Positions 8,715-18,179 of a stretch of DNA of 64,000 bases are shown here, one piece after another. The notes under the pieces are model-generated. The model searched no databases. It saw only the letters and a program-made list of their open reading frames with translations, and was not told the DNA's origin. Numbering within the stretch: position 1 is the first letter of the stretch; each line of letters begins with the position of its first letter. The position numbers and the translations under genes were made by a program. Source of the stretch: an uncultured bacterium (GTDB lineage: Bacteria > Hinthialibacterota > Hinthialibacteria > Hinthialibacterales > JAKPRU01); contig CAZTDD010000012.1 of the NCBI GenBank assembly GCA_964612675.1, positions 10,617 through 74,616 on the forward strand, written 5' to 3'.

Positions 8715-10475
8715 TTAGAGAATCTTTAATTCATAGGCATCCTGCAGCTGATTTCGCGGTCCAGGTTTCTTAAGAACGGAAACCTGAAGCGTTTCTGCGG
8801 GATGCCTCCAATAGCAGACACACCGGTCGTCTATAATTCGCACAAGCGCATCCCAACCGGTGTTGTCCTTGACGTCCTTTTCCTGTATGCGAAGACAATA
8901 CGCAACGCATGCTTCCTCAATGTTCGAAAAATCGATTTCCTGCTTCTCGCCGCTATAGAGGACAACGTCAAGGAATGCTTCGTGTTTTTCTTTGCCGGTT
9001 TCGAAGGTGATTTCACGATCTCCAAAACTGGTTATAAGAAAATAAAGCCCGATTTTCATGTTTTCATCGTGAATAATAATTGGTGCGCCGGATGTGGGAT
9101 TGTCGGGCAGCTCGATCGAGTCGATATGTCCGCCCATCTCGAATCGCAACCGTAAATCTCGAGCCGAAATCGTAGCGTTTTTCACCATATCCAGATTCGG
9201 ATGCGTATCGCCATAATCGGTGGCGAATGTTACAGCGGTTAGAAGATATCGTTCCTTTTGAACGGAAGCGACAAGCGCTGAGCAGTAATCGTAACCGTCA
9301 TGCAGACACCGCATATGCAAATAACGAGGCTTTTCAGGTGTTCCCCAATAGGCGAGCACGGGTCGTTTTTGATTCCAGCAGTCCGCACGATTTGCAGATC
9401 CGAGAGTTGAGTGGCGGCCCAAGAATGTCGTTCCGATGACGGGTAGTTTTCTGCCGTCACGTGACGGGTCTCCCTGTGTGAAGGTTTCGATGACGGTCTT
9501 TTCTTTTTCGAGAGTGTTGTAGAGATGGCGATATTCTGTTGGGCAATTCAAATCGATTTTGTAACGATCCAGTCCCAGCGGAAGCGGTTCGTTTTCAAAG
9601 AATTTCACGGCACCATGTGTGCCTGCTTGAATAAATGCGAGTGTACCGGCACGCTCATTGAGCAACGTGGCGTAACAGCGGCTGTGCGGACCCGCCCACT
9701 GCCGTGTGGGGGGATGAAAATGACACGCGGCGTGTTTCCACGCCATGTCATGAATTTCACGAATCAGTCGACAGGTTTCTTTGTCCTCGGCGTCCATCAG
9801 TATTCGTGAGAGCTCGGTAATGGCAACGACGGTATATGTCGGACTATTGTACTCGTTGAACGATCCTTGGTCGGTCACATACTCATAGACTCGTTTGGCT
9901 CGTTTTTGGGCGTATTCCAATAAATCGGGTATATTGAATGTTTCGGCCGTTACCACTGTCACGTACGTTCCCATAATCGCGATATTGGTATAGCCGGGAC
10001 CGACATTCCTTCGCTCGACGGAACGTGCGGCATGGATAATGCTTTCTTTGAGCAGATTGACAACGTTGGACGGAAGGCGATCTTTGTGTTTGCGATAGGC
10101 GGCAAGAAGTTGAACCCCGCAGAAATCCGCCCAGTTCCAGTCGGGTGGCGACATTTTGTCAAGCGGTTCCTCGAGATACCACGACCAGATCCCGTAGGTC
10201 CGCGACTCGGGGTCTTGATCCTGGAGTCCGATCACTCGGACCAGGATATCTATCGCGCGCTGAAGGTATTCTTCGTCTCCGGAATCGAGCAAAGCGACGG
10301 CGTAAGTCAGCGACGTTCGTGTCGGGTGCACCGTGCCGCTTTTGAGTGTCGTATGATACCCGGCTTTCGATACCCTCGATGTCACCATTTTTTCGAGGGG
10401 ATCGTAGCGGTCTTCATATTCCTCCAAGGCCAGATTCAGCGATTTTCGTTGTTCTTTGGTCAGGTCTGCCATCAC
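8715..10475 (-). CDS. Conserved hypothetical protein, possibly heparinase II/III-like lyase fold
   Basis: 586-aa ORF with protein-like composition; motifs DWNWADF, YTNIAIMG, FNEYNSPTY, WAGPHSRCY; no signal peptide seen. Confidence 0.65.
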   Translation of the reverse strand: MMADLTKEQRKSLNLALEEYEDRYDPLEKMVTSRVSKAGYHTTLKSGTVHPTRTSLTYAVALLDSGDEEYLQRAIDILVRVIGLQDQDPESRTYGIWSWYLEEPLDKMSPPDWNWADFCGVQLLAAYRKHKDRLPSNVVNLLKESIIHAARSVERRNVGPGYTNIAIMGTYVTVVTAETFNIPDLLEYAQKRAKRVYEYVTDQGSFNEYNSPTYTVVAITELSRILMDAEDKETCRLIREIHDMAWKHAACHFHPPTRQWAGPHSRCYATLLNERAGTLAFIQAGTHGAVKFFENEPLPLGLDRYKIDLNCPTEYRHLYNTLEKEKTVIETFTQGDPSRDGRKLPVIGTTFLGRHSTLGSANRADCWNQKRPVLAYWGTPEKPRYLHMRCLHDGYDYCSALVASVQKERYLLTAVTFATDYGDTHPNLDMVKNATISARDLRLRFEMGGHIDSIELPDNPTSGAPIIIHDENMKIGLYFLITSFGDREITFETGKEKHEAFLDVVLYSGEKQEIDFSNIEEACVAYCLRIQEKDVKDNTGWDALVRIIDDRCVCYWRHPAETLQVSVLKKPGPRNQLQDAYELKIL

Positions 10476-12930
10476 CGGACTCCTTCTGTTTGGCTACAAT
10501 GGGATGAAGTATGAAGCAAACATCCGATTATCTGAAGGTCGCCAATTGATCGTACATACTCAGACTGGATATAGGTTCCTCCTGTGGTGTGGGGTCTTCG
10601 TCGCGGCGCTTCTCTCGTGTGCGGTGGCGGGAATCCGTGCGGACAGTGTCACTGGCTGGGAGATCCTGGGGCCGGGTGGGGGCGGCACGATGCTTCGTCC
10701 GACGATTAGCCCTCACGGTCCCGACGTTGCCATTGTTAGTTGCGATATGACCGGCTCCTACATCACAGTTGACGGCGGCCAAAGCTGGCGCATCTTTAAT
10801 CTTGGATCCCGGGTTGACAGCGTGGCTTTCGATCCATCGGATGACGAGACGATTTACGCGGGAACCAATGGACTCTATCGGTCCGAAGACCGCGGCATGA
10901 CGTGGCAGTTGATTTGGCCCGATCCAGAAACGATTCTTCGCAAACGGGTACGAGGCGATCATGCGGGCGTCTCTTTTGTGGCTGAAGGCGGCTATCCCGG
11001 CGGACGGGTCAAACTTATTCGCGTCGATCCCGATGACTCGAACTGCATATATGTAGGGTTTGACGGGAACCCCCAATTGTATACGAGCGAAGACGGCGGC
11101 GTGTCGTGGTCGACACTCAGGACTTTTCGCGGCCGCCGTTTTTATCGACTGTTCATCGATCCTAATTCACCGGCCAACAATAGAAATCTTTACGTATTCA
11201 CGGATATGGGGCTGACTGTCCGAATTGACGGAAAATGGGAGGAATCGTATTCCGATTTTCCCGCCGGCCCGATTCGGCATGTCGCCGGCGGGTTTCGGTA
11301 TGAAGACGGCAACCCTGTTTTTGTCGTTGTTATCCCCACGCAGGACCGGGAAGGTCGTCTGACCGGCGGAGTTTTGCGTTCCACCGACGGCGGTCGGACG
11401 TGGCTGGACGGAAACAACGGATTTCCGCGAGTGATTGATGAAAGCGGCTCGCTGCGCCTTCCACGTTTTCGTGACGTGGCCTGCAGCGAAATGTTCCCCG
11501 ATACGCTCTATATCAAAATCGGAGATGAACTACCGTACGGCCAGGCGCATGTTGTACCCGGTTTCATTTTTAATCCACCGCCTACCTGGGACAGAACATC
11601 GGGGTTCTACAAAAGCACGGACGGCGGCACGAACTGGAGTTGTTTACAAAAATGGAACTGGGATCTGGCACCATTGGCCATCGATGGCGGATGGATCAAC
11701 TCCCGGTTCGGGACGGAGTATATGCAGCTTGGGGATTTGGGCGTCTCCCCCACCAATCCTTCCATTTGCTATTCCACCGACCTGTATCGTGCGCTCAAAA
11801 CGGAGAACGGCGGAGAAAACTGGTTTCCAGTCTATTGCCGCCAATTGGAAGACGGTAGCGTAACGACACGCGGTCTCGATGTGACCACGTGCTACGGCGT
11901 TCATTTCGATCCGTTTATCAAAAACCGAATGTTTGTGACGTACACCGATATCGGACTTTTCAAAAGCGAGAATCGCGGCGAATCGTGGCGGAGTGCGCTG
12001 GATGGCGTTCCGCATGCGTGGTGGAACACAGCGTACTGGATGGTTTTCGATCCCGATGTCCGAGGCAAGATGTGGGCGGTTTGGGGAAGCGCGCACGATC
12101 TTCCGCGTCACAAGATGTTCCGTCATGGGAACGTCGATAAATGGCGGGGCGGGGTAACGGTCAGTGTCGACGGTGGCGATACGTGGCGGCCCGCCGATCC
12201 CGGTCTTCCGGACAACACTTCCTATACCCATATTCTGCTCGATCCGAAGTCACCTGAGAATCAGCGCACACTATATGCGTGCGGATTCGGAAAGGGAGTC
12301 TACAAGTCGATCGATGACGGAGAAACGTGGGAGTTGCGAAACACGGGTCTCGGTGAGAATTTGAATGTCTGGAGAATGGAAAGAAACACTCGGGGAGATT
12401 TGTATCTTGTTGTTTTCCGCGATTACCGGGGGAATCGGGAGACTGCTGGAGCAGTCTATTTTTCGGATAATGGAGCACAATCGTGGACCCTGTTGAATTT
12501 GCCGGAGCGGGTGACCGGTCCCTCGGAGATCGCTGCGCATCCGGAGAACACTGATGTTTTGTATCTTGCGGCGTGGGGTGAATCGGAATCCGGTCTTGCC
12601 GCAGACGGCGGTGTCTTTCGCTCAGAAGATGCTGGGACCAGTTGGACGCGGGTTCTCGACCGGGCGGAATATGTCTATTCGGTGACGGTGGACCCTGAAA
12701 ATCCGAAGCGTGTTTACGCCGGCACATTTGAAAGCGCAGCGTTTGCGAGTTTTGACGGCGGCGACAATTGGGAACGCGTGCGAGGGTACAATTTCAAATG
12801 GGGACATCGAGTTGTCCCGGATCCGTATGATACTCAGAAGATTTATATCACCACTTTCGGAGGCAGCGTGTGGTATGGCCCCCGGCTGGGAGTGGGCTCT
12901 TCGGTTGTTGAAGACGTTATTGAGCCGTGA
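10456..12930 (+). CDS. Secreted BNR/Asp-box beta-propeller protein (GH74/VPS10-like); true start probably downstream of 10456
   Basis: GPGGGG N-terminus and many S/T-x-D-x-G-x-T/S-W repeats (TVDGGQSW, SEDRGMTW, STDGGRTW, STDGGTNW, SIDDGETW, SFDGGDNW). Confidence 0.8.
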   Translation: MVRSAITGLLLFGYNGMKYEANIRLSEGRQLIVHTQTGYRFLLWCGVFVAALLSCAVAGIRADSVTGWEILGPGGGGTMLRPTISPHGPDVAIVSCDMTGSYITVDGGQSWRIFNLGSRVDSVAFDPSDDETIYAGTNGLYRSEDRGMTWQLIWPDPETILRKRVRGDHAGVSFVAEGGYPGGRVKLIRVDPDDSNCIYVGFDGNPQLYTSEDGGVSWSTLRTFRGRRFYRLFIDPNSPANNRNLYVFTDMGLTVRIDGKWEESYSDFPAGPIRHVAGGFRYEDGNPVFVVVIPTQDREGRLTGGVLRSTDGGRTWLDGNNGFPRVIDESGSLRLPRFRDVACSEMFPDTLYIKIGDELPYGQAHVVPGFIFNPPPTWDRTSGFYKSTDGGTNWSCLQKWNWDLAPLAIDGGWINSRFGTEYMQLGDLGVSPTNPSICYSTDLYRALKTENGGENWFPVYCRQLEDGSVTTRGLDVTTCYGVHFDPFIKNRMFVTYTDIGLFKSENRGESWRSALDGVPHAWWNTAYWMVFDPDVRGKMWAVWGSAHDLPRHKMFRHGNVDKWRGGVTVSVDGGDTWRPADPGLPDNTSYTHILLDPKSPENQRTLYACGFGKGVYKSIDDGETWELRNTGLGENLNVWRMERNTRGDLYLVVFRDYRGNRETAGAVYFSDNGAQSWTLLNLPERVTGPSEIAAHPENTDVLYLAAWGESESGLAADGGVFRSEDAGTSWTRVLDRAEYVYSVTVDPENPKRVYAGTFESAAFASFDGGDNWERVRGYNFKWGHRVVPDPYDTQKIYITTFGGSVWYGPRLGVGSSVVEDVIEP

Positions 12931-12975
12931 GCCCCGGCATGAATTCACGGTAATGAGAAGATAAGGAGATTGAAT

Positions 12976-13971
12976 ATGTGTAGATACGTCATCAATCGGC
13001 GGCGTTTCTTGCGGAAATCCTCCATAGTGGGTGCGAGCGCACTCGCGGCGCTAAGTCTCGAAGAAAAGGCACTTCTGGCCGCACAGGAGAACACTGGCTC
13101 GTCTCCACCCGAACTGGGTACGACCTGTCCGTCAGGCAAAATCGGCGACGTGACCATAGGACGCCTGATTTGCGGCGGCAACCTGATCGGTGGGTACGCC
13201 CACAGCCGCGACCTGGTGTATGTTTCCGATCTGTTGAAGGCCTATTTTACGGAAGACAGGGTTTTGGAGACGTTTCGATTGTGCGAAGAAAACGGTGTAA
13301 ATACTGTCGTGCTGTATACGGGGCCGTCTCGACACGTGGATACACACAAGATCCTCAACAGGTACTGGAACGAGTGGGGAGGCAAGATTCAATGGCTTGC
13401 TCAAATCAATCCGTCCGAGGAAGATCCGACAGCGAGCGCACAAGAAGCAATCGACAACGGTGCAATCGGCGCGTTTATTTTGGGCAACGTGGGGGATGAG
13501 TGGGTCCGCAGCGGAAAGATCGACTTGGTTGAAAAAGTAATTTCGCATATCAAGAAGAACGGCCTGATTGCGGGAGTAGCAGGACACAATATTCATGTAT
13601 CCATTCAGTGTGAGAAAGCCGGAATCGATCCCGATTTCTATATGAAAACTTTGCACAGTACCGACTACTGGTCGTCACGTCGCTCCGATCAGGAAAAAGA
13701 TGTTATCGACAATTATAGTGTGGATAATTATTGGGATAAATATCCTGAGAAGACCATTGACTTCATGAAAACGCTCAAGAAGCCGTGGATTGCCTACAAA
13801 GTACTCGCGGCAGGCGCTATTCGTCCGAACGAGGGGTTTGAATACGCATTCAATAACGGTGCGGATTTCCTTTGTGTCGGCATGTATGACTTCCAGATTC
13901 GAGAGGACGTTATTGTTGCGAGGAATGCGGTTTCGAAGAGTCAGTCGAGGGAGCGTCCGTGGATGGGCTGA
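12976..13971 (+). CDS. Tat-exported conserved protein, aldo/keto-reductase-like barrel (tentative)
   Basis: AAGGAG SD; INRRRFLRKS; GKIGDVTIGRLICGGN; PWIAYKVLAAG; YAFNNGADFLCVGM. Confidence 0.65.
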   Translation: MCRYVINRRRFLRKSSIVGASALAALSLEEKALLAAQENTGSSPPELGTTCPSGKIGDVTIGRLICGGNLIGGYAHSRDLVYVSDLLKAYFTEDRVLETFRLCEENGVNTVVLYTGPSRHVDTHKILNRYWNEWGGKIQWLAQINPSEEDPTASAQEAIDNGAIGAFILGNVGDEWVRSGKIDLVEKVISHIKKNGLIAGVAGHNIHVSIQCEKAGIDPDFYMKTLHSTDYWSSRRSDQEKDVIDNYSVDNYWDKYPEKTIDFMKTLKKPWIAYKVLAAGAIRPNEGFEYAFNNGADFLCVGMYDFQIREDVIVARNAVSKSQSRERPWMG

Positions 13972-15244
13972 GGTAGGTTTCACGGATTTTCCGTGCGAGT
14001 GTTTTTCCGATAAGTACATGACCGAGTGTGTCGTAATGACATTCGTCGATGAACCGTGATGCGAAGAATTCCCCAAGATCCGACTCGCGGACCTTGTCGC
14101 CCTGCTTGCGTAATCTCCGTATAAGCGGATCGTCCAGTTTTTCATTGACGGACCGGATGGCGTCACGACTGGTGAGTACTGGAACTGTTTCTTCGGACGC
14201 CATTGTATGAAGAATTTCAAAATAGGTTTTTTGACTTCGAAGAACCGCCTCTCCGTGGAGCGATCCTGTCGGAGTGTGATCCAGGAATCTTTCGCGTGCT
14301 TTTTCTTTCTCTTCCAAGGCTGTATAGCAAGACCCTTCAAGGTAATTACTGTAGGCAAATACGGCAACATGTCTTTCCTCTCTAGACTCATGAAGAGTTT
14401 TCAGTGCCTCGGTGAACTTTCCTTGTTCTATTTCAGCGGCCGCCTTCTCGGCTGCGTTGAATACGGTCGGGTTTTGACAAAGCAAAAGAAAGAAGGGCTG
14501 AATGTTGTTTTCATGACAAATCGAGAGGAAACGTTCCGTTTCACCTCGAAAAACTGCGGGTGGCACGCGTACTTCGACGGTATTTAGCAGCGGTGGATTA
14601 TCGCGTAGGTGTTCTAGTTTTCGCTTTCCAAGGTTCGAAGAAATTGCAAACAGAGTTTTACTCCAGTGGAGCACATCCACAAAACTGCGCAACAAGGCAA
14701 TTCGTCGAAACGATTTCGGAGAATCCGGCGGGGTGAGGACAATGTACCTGCGGTCATTGTAGCCGACTGCAAAGACTGCGATATCCGGCTTGTAGGGCAA
14801 TACCTGCTCCAGTTTTGCCCGGCATTGTACCGCTGTGTAGCCCGGTGTACCTGCGTTGATGACTTCTACGGTACTGTCTTGGCATCGCAGCTCGCTCTGC
14901 AATACGGAGCAGTAGGTCATGTCGTCCGAGACCGCCATCCCGTATGTTCGGGAATCGCCGAGGATGAGAATTCGCAGTTCGGGATGAGAGCCGACGGAGT
15001 ATTCCTGCTCACCGCGAAGTCCGGAGGAGTTTGTATGATAGGCGCGGCCGGCGATGTTGGTGGCGATGAAGGGCCTAAGTTCCCACAGAGTCTGTCGATC
15101 CCACCGGTAGTATTGCCGATCTGGAGGGCAGGGTACTGAATACTGTTGGCCGATATAGACGTCGAGAAGCAGCAGAGCGGTCACAGTAGCGAGAATGCAG
15201 AGAATCTGTTTTCTCCGGCTAAGCCGAATAGGAAATAATCTCAC
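13910..15244 (-). CDS. SGNH/GDSL hydrolase family protein with N-terminal membrane anchor
   Basis: LGDSRTYG (block I), INAGTPGY (II), VGYND (III), DECHY (V). Confidence 0.85.
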   Translation of the reverse strand: MRLFPIRLSRRKQILCILATVTALLLLDVYIGQQYSVPCPPDRQYYRWDRQTLWELRPFIATNIAGRAYHTNSSGLRGEQEYSVGSHPELRILILGDSRTYGMAVSDDMTYCSVLQSELRCQDSTVEVINAGTPGYTAVQCRAKLEQVLPYKPDIAVFAVGYNDRRYIVLTPPDSPKSFRRIALLRSFVDVLHWSKTLFAISSNLGKRKLEHLRDNPPLLNTVEVRVPPAVFRGETERFLSICHENNIQPFFLLLCQNPTVFNAAEKAAAEIEQGKFTEALKTLHESREERHVAVFAYSNYLEGSCYTALEEKEKARERFLDHTPTGSLHGEAVLRSQKTYFEILHTMASEETVPVLTSRDAIRSVNEKLDDPLIRRLRKQGDKVRESDLGEFFASRFIDECHYDTLGHVLIGKTLARKIRETYLSPSTDAPSTDSSKPHSSQQ

Positions 15245-15506
15245 AGTTTGGTTTCCGCCTGAAGATGTATGAGTTGTGCTCGTTTCTTACAGTACCATTG
15301 GACGGAGAGGAACTGGAATGTTGTTTTCCGTCCCGGTTCGACTTTTCTTGCTTTCAATGTTGTCTGAATCACCTGGATTATTGACGCTTGTGCCGTGCTG
15401 CGGTATTGTTGTCCCGCTAATCAAGTGGTTGCTGTAGCTTGGTATGGTTGAAGTTCCACCCAAAACAGAGGGGAGGAGTGGATAGACTCGATCAGGTGAT
15501 AAAGGA

Positions 15507-15833
15507 ATGCCGGTTCAATCCGTCGAAAAAGGTTCTGTATACATAGTCTCTATCTCAGACCGGTTTTCACTCGAAGACTCCCTCGAATTCGGCCGTACAA
15601 TGAAAGAAGCGGTCAAGGGGGAAAGCAAGACGATCATCGTTGTTGTAGCTGTCACGCTGATCAATAGCCACTGTCTCGGCACAATCTTCGCCGGATACCG
15701 AGAAGCGCGGCAAAAGGAGAAAACGGTGAAATTGGTATGCGACCGTCCGCACTCGATAAGCGCCCTTCGGCGTTTCGACCCATCCGGGTCGATTCCCATA
15801 TTCGAGACGGTCGAGCAAGCGTTGGTGGAATGA
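15507..15833 (+). CDS. STAS-domain protein (anti-sigma factor antagonist-like)
   Basis: 108 aa; VAVTLINSHCLGTIF aligns with the SpoIIAA phospho-Ser region; ends IFETVEQAL. Confidence 0.75.
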   Translation: MPVQSVEKGSVYIVSISDRFSLEDSLEFGRTMKEAVKGESKTIIVVVAVTLINSHCLGTIFAGYREARQKEKTVKLVCDRPHSISALRRFDPSGSIPIFETVEQALVE

Positions 15834-15930
15834 CTCCTGACGACGCCGTTTGTTTATGGTAGTGCTTGATGCACGAATCCGATCTTCAATCAGCACGAAA
15901 CCCAGAAACGGAAGATGTGAGGTTTTTTCC

Positions 15931-17190
15931 ATGATTATTCGAAGAATGTCTCCAGAATCCCCGTTCGTTCGCTTTGCCCTCTTTTTTTGTGTATTGACTC
16001 TTTTCGGGTGCTTGCCCGCAACGTCTACATTGCAGGCGGACCCTCTGCATGAAACGGATTTCATCTTCGATCCGGAGGAAGAGAGTCACGGCCATGTGCA
16101 TGCTTCATGTATCGTTGCATGTCCAAACGGCGACCTGCTTGCGGTTTGGTATGAGAATGGACCAACTCGCGATGACTATTACTACACCCTGGATGCAGAC
16201 AAAAGCGATAACGTCCGAATCGGCGCGGCGCGAAAGCGAGAGGGCGCTGCCGAATGGAACGATCCGTTTGTGATATCGGATACTTTTGGTGTTTCCGACA
16301 ACAACCCGTGTATGGTTATCGACAATGAAGATCGGCTTTGGCTTTTCCATACCGCGATGCTTGGCGCACCCCTGCATACATGGGGCGGAACAATCGTCAA
16401 GTATAAGGTCTCGTCCGACTATGACGGTCCGGGTGTGCCGCAGTGGGATCTGGAGGATATTCTGGTTGTGCACCCTAATGGGTTGGATGCTGTCGTTGCG
16501 GAGACGGCAAATGATCTGCGTCGGTTTGCAGATCGTAACAACAGTAACGAGCAGATAGCCGATGAATTGCTCCAGCGCCTTGGAAGTGTATATATGCGCC
16601 GATTCGGATGGATGACGCGTGCCCATCCGACAATCCTGTCCGATGGGACGCTGCTTCTGCCGTTTGCCAACGAGAATTTCAACGCGGCGGCGATGGCGTT
16701 CACGCGCGACGGGAAAACGTGGACATTTTCCGAGGTTGTACCGGGAGAATTAGGTATCACGCAGCCGACTGTGGCCCACTTGAGCGATGGGCGGCTTTTG
16801 GCGTTCTTCCGTGACGCAGCGGGAGTGGAAAACCGGATCCACCGTAGCATCTCTACAGACAATGGGCGGACATGGAGCCCCGCAGAAAGCACGGATTTGC
16901 CCAATCCCGGTGCTGGGATCGAACTGATTTCGCTCAAGTCCGGTGAATTGCTACTAGTATACAATGACAAGGCAGACGGTCCGCGAGACAGTCTAGCAAT
17001 CTCGATATCCGATGATGACGGCAAAACATGGAAATGGACACGGCACGTTGAAAGCATTCCAGGCGGTCGTTTCGATTATCCATCGGTTGTCCAGGCGAAT
17101 GATGGAACCCTACATCTTTCGTACAGCTACAATCTCGAAACGATTAAGCACGTTCACTTCAATGTTGAGTGGGTGAAGGATGGAGAATAG
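15931..17190 (+). CDS. Sialidase-like/BNR repeat protein, possible lipoprotein
   Basis: HVHASCIV, Asp boxes SISTDNGRTWS and SISDDDGKTWK, FDYPSVVQANDGTLHLSYSY; LFGC lipobox-like. Confidence 0.8.
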   Translation: MIIRRMSPESPFVRFALFFCVLTLFGCLPATSTLQADPLHETDFIFDPEEESHGHVHASCIVACPNGDLLAVWYENGPTRDDYYYTLDADKSDNVRIGAARKREGAAEWNDPFVISDTFGVSDNNPCMVIDNEDRLWLFHTAMLGAPLHTWGGTIVKYKVSSDYDGPGVPQWDLEDILVVHPNGLDAVVAETANDLRRFADRNNSNEQIADELLQRLGSVYMRRFGWMTRAHPTILSDGTLLLPFANENFNAAAMAFTRDGKTWTFSEVVPGELGITQPTVAHLSDGRLLAFFRDAAGVENRIHRSISTDNGRTWSPAESTDLPNPGAGIELISLKSGELLLVYNDKADGPRDSLAISISDDDGKTWKWTRHVESIPGGRFDYPSVVQANDGTLHLSYSYNLETIKHVHFNVEWVKDGE

Positions 17191-17216
17191 GACGCGAGGA
17201 CCGATATGGTCGCAAT

Positions 17217-17288
17217 GGGGAGGACGAATCTCGCGATGAGTCGACGGGATTGGAAAAGGTCCGGCTCATCGAGAGATTCACCCTCCCC
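17217..17288. repeat. REP-like inverted repeat, family A (complete), between convergent genes
   Basis: ggggaggacgaatctcgcgatgagtcg (17217-17243), 18-nt spacer, cggctcatcgagagattcaccctcccc (17262-17288). The arms match at 23/27 as reverse complements. Confidence 0.8.
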
Positions 17289-17308
17289 CCGGTTGTTATC
17301 TAAAGCTG

Positions 17309-17770
17309 TCACGGCATGACGTACGCAAGTGGGAAGCGAATGCCCTTTGTATCGCTCAGCTCACGTTTTTTGGCTTTCATGTATTTAGCGAACTTGGCAT
17401 CCAAACGAAGAATGTGTTGTGTATACCAATCCATGACCGTCCTGTTGACCCGGATAACCAAATCGGTTGCCGGACCCGAGCGGCGGCATTCTTCCTGTAA
17501 CTGGCGTATTCGGTTCCTGAATTCCCGGTGTTCGGTGCGCTGATCCGGGTATCCGGCGTAGTCCACTTGGTGCATGGTGTGCTCTTCCAACCGAAAGTGG
17601 ATGAACGAATAATCGTCCAGGTAACGCAGGAACTCAAATACCTTTTCTTGTCCTTTCTTGCGCGAACAGTCGCTGAAGAACTGATTCATTCGCTCAATCA
17701 GGCCCTGGGTGTGAAGGTCGATCTGCTGATCCCCGGTCATTAGATGCTCTTCCATTCGAACTTTCATCAT
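17309..17770 (-). CDS. Bacteriohemerythrin-family protein with atypical iron ligands
   Basis: GGAGGA SD; TGDQQIDLHTQGL, HFRLEEHTM, YAGYPDQRTEHREF, WYTQHILRLD. Confidence 0.85.
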   Translation of the reverse strand: MMKVRMEEHLMTGDQQIDLHTQGLIERMNQFFSDCSRKKGQEKVFEFLRYLDDYSFIHFRLEEHTMHQVDYAGYPDQRTEHREFRNRIRQLQEECRRSGPATDLVIRVNRTVMDWYTQHILRLDAKFAKYMKAKKRELSDTKGIRFPLAYVMP

Positions 17771-17993
17771 AATCCTCCATGATTGACACAACAGCGTGTC
17801 CTTGTGATTCTCCGGGTCTCTTGTGTCTCTGCAGTAACTATATCCAACAACCGAATTCTTCCAATCGGGTGGATTCCGATTCTCCTCCTAAGAAGAAACG
17901 CCCTTCTCCGCATCGGGGAAACCCTCATAACCACTGGCGGTGAAAGGCTTTTGCACGGCGGTTCATGGCTCGTGCAGGCAAGACAAAGCATGA

Positions 17994-18016
17994 ACTCCTA
18001 CTAAATACATAGGAGT
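17994..18016. promoter_or_regulatory. Candidate operator palindrome ACTCCTA-N9-TAGGAGT
   Basis: Perfect 7-bp inverted repeat with AT-rich spacer in the divergent hemerythrin/hmcF intergenic region. Confidence 0.35.
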
Positions 18017-18108
18017 AATCCAAATCATATGATAGAATTCAATTTGAAAGTGGGGCTTTGGAGATTCCATTTTTTCATGCTGTGTGCATTCAGAGCACTT
18101 GTCCTCAA

Positions 18109-18179
18109 CCCTGTTTCCCTTATACTCCCTGGAATGGGGAAACGGGGGTGTAAATCCAAGATTCCAGGGTTATACACCC
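18109..18179 (+). promoter_or_regulatory. Structured leader (possible H-type pseudoknot) just upstream of the hmcF-like ATG
   Basis: Stem 18109-18119/18137-18147 (11 bp, one G-U). Loop segment ccctggaat (18127-18135) is complementary to attccaggg (18161-18169). Confidence 0.4.

Noticed and set aside
18070-18076. T_TTT_TTC slippery heptamer upstream of the pseudoknot (programmed -1 frameshift)
   Set aside because: It lies about 32 nt from stem 1 (typical spacing is 5-9 nt), and no upstream coding frame needs joining.
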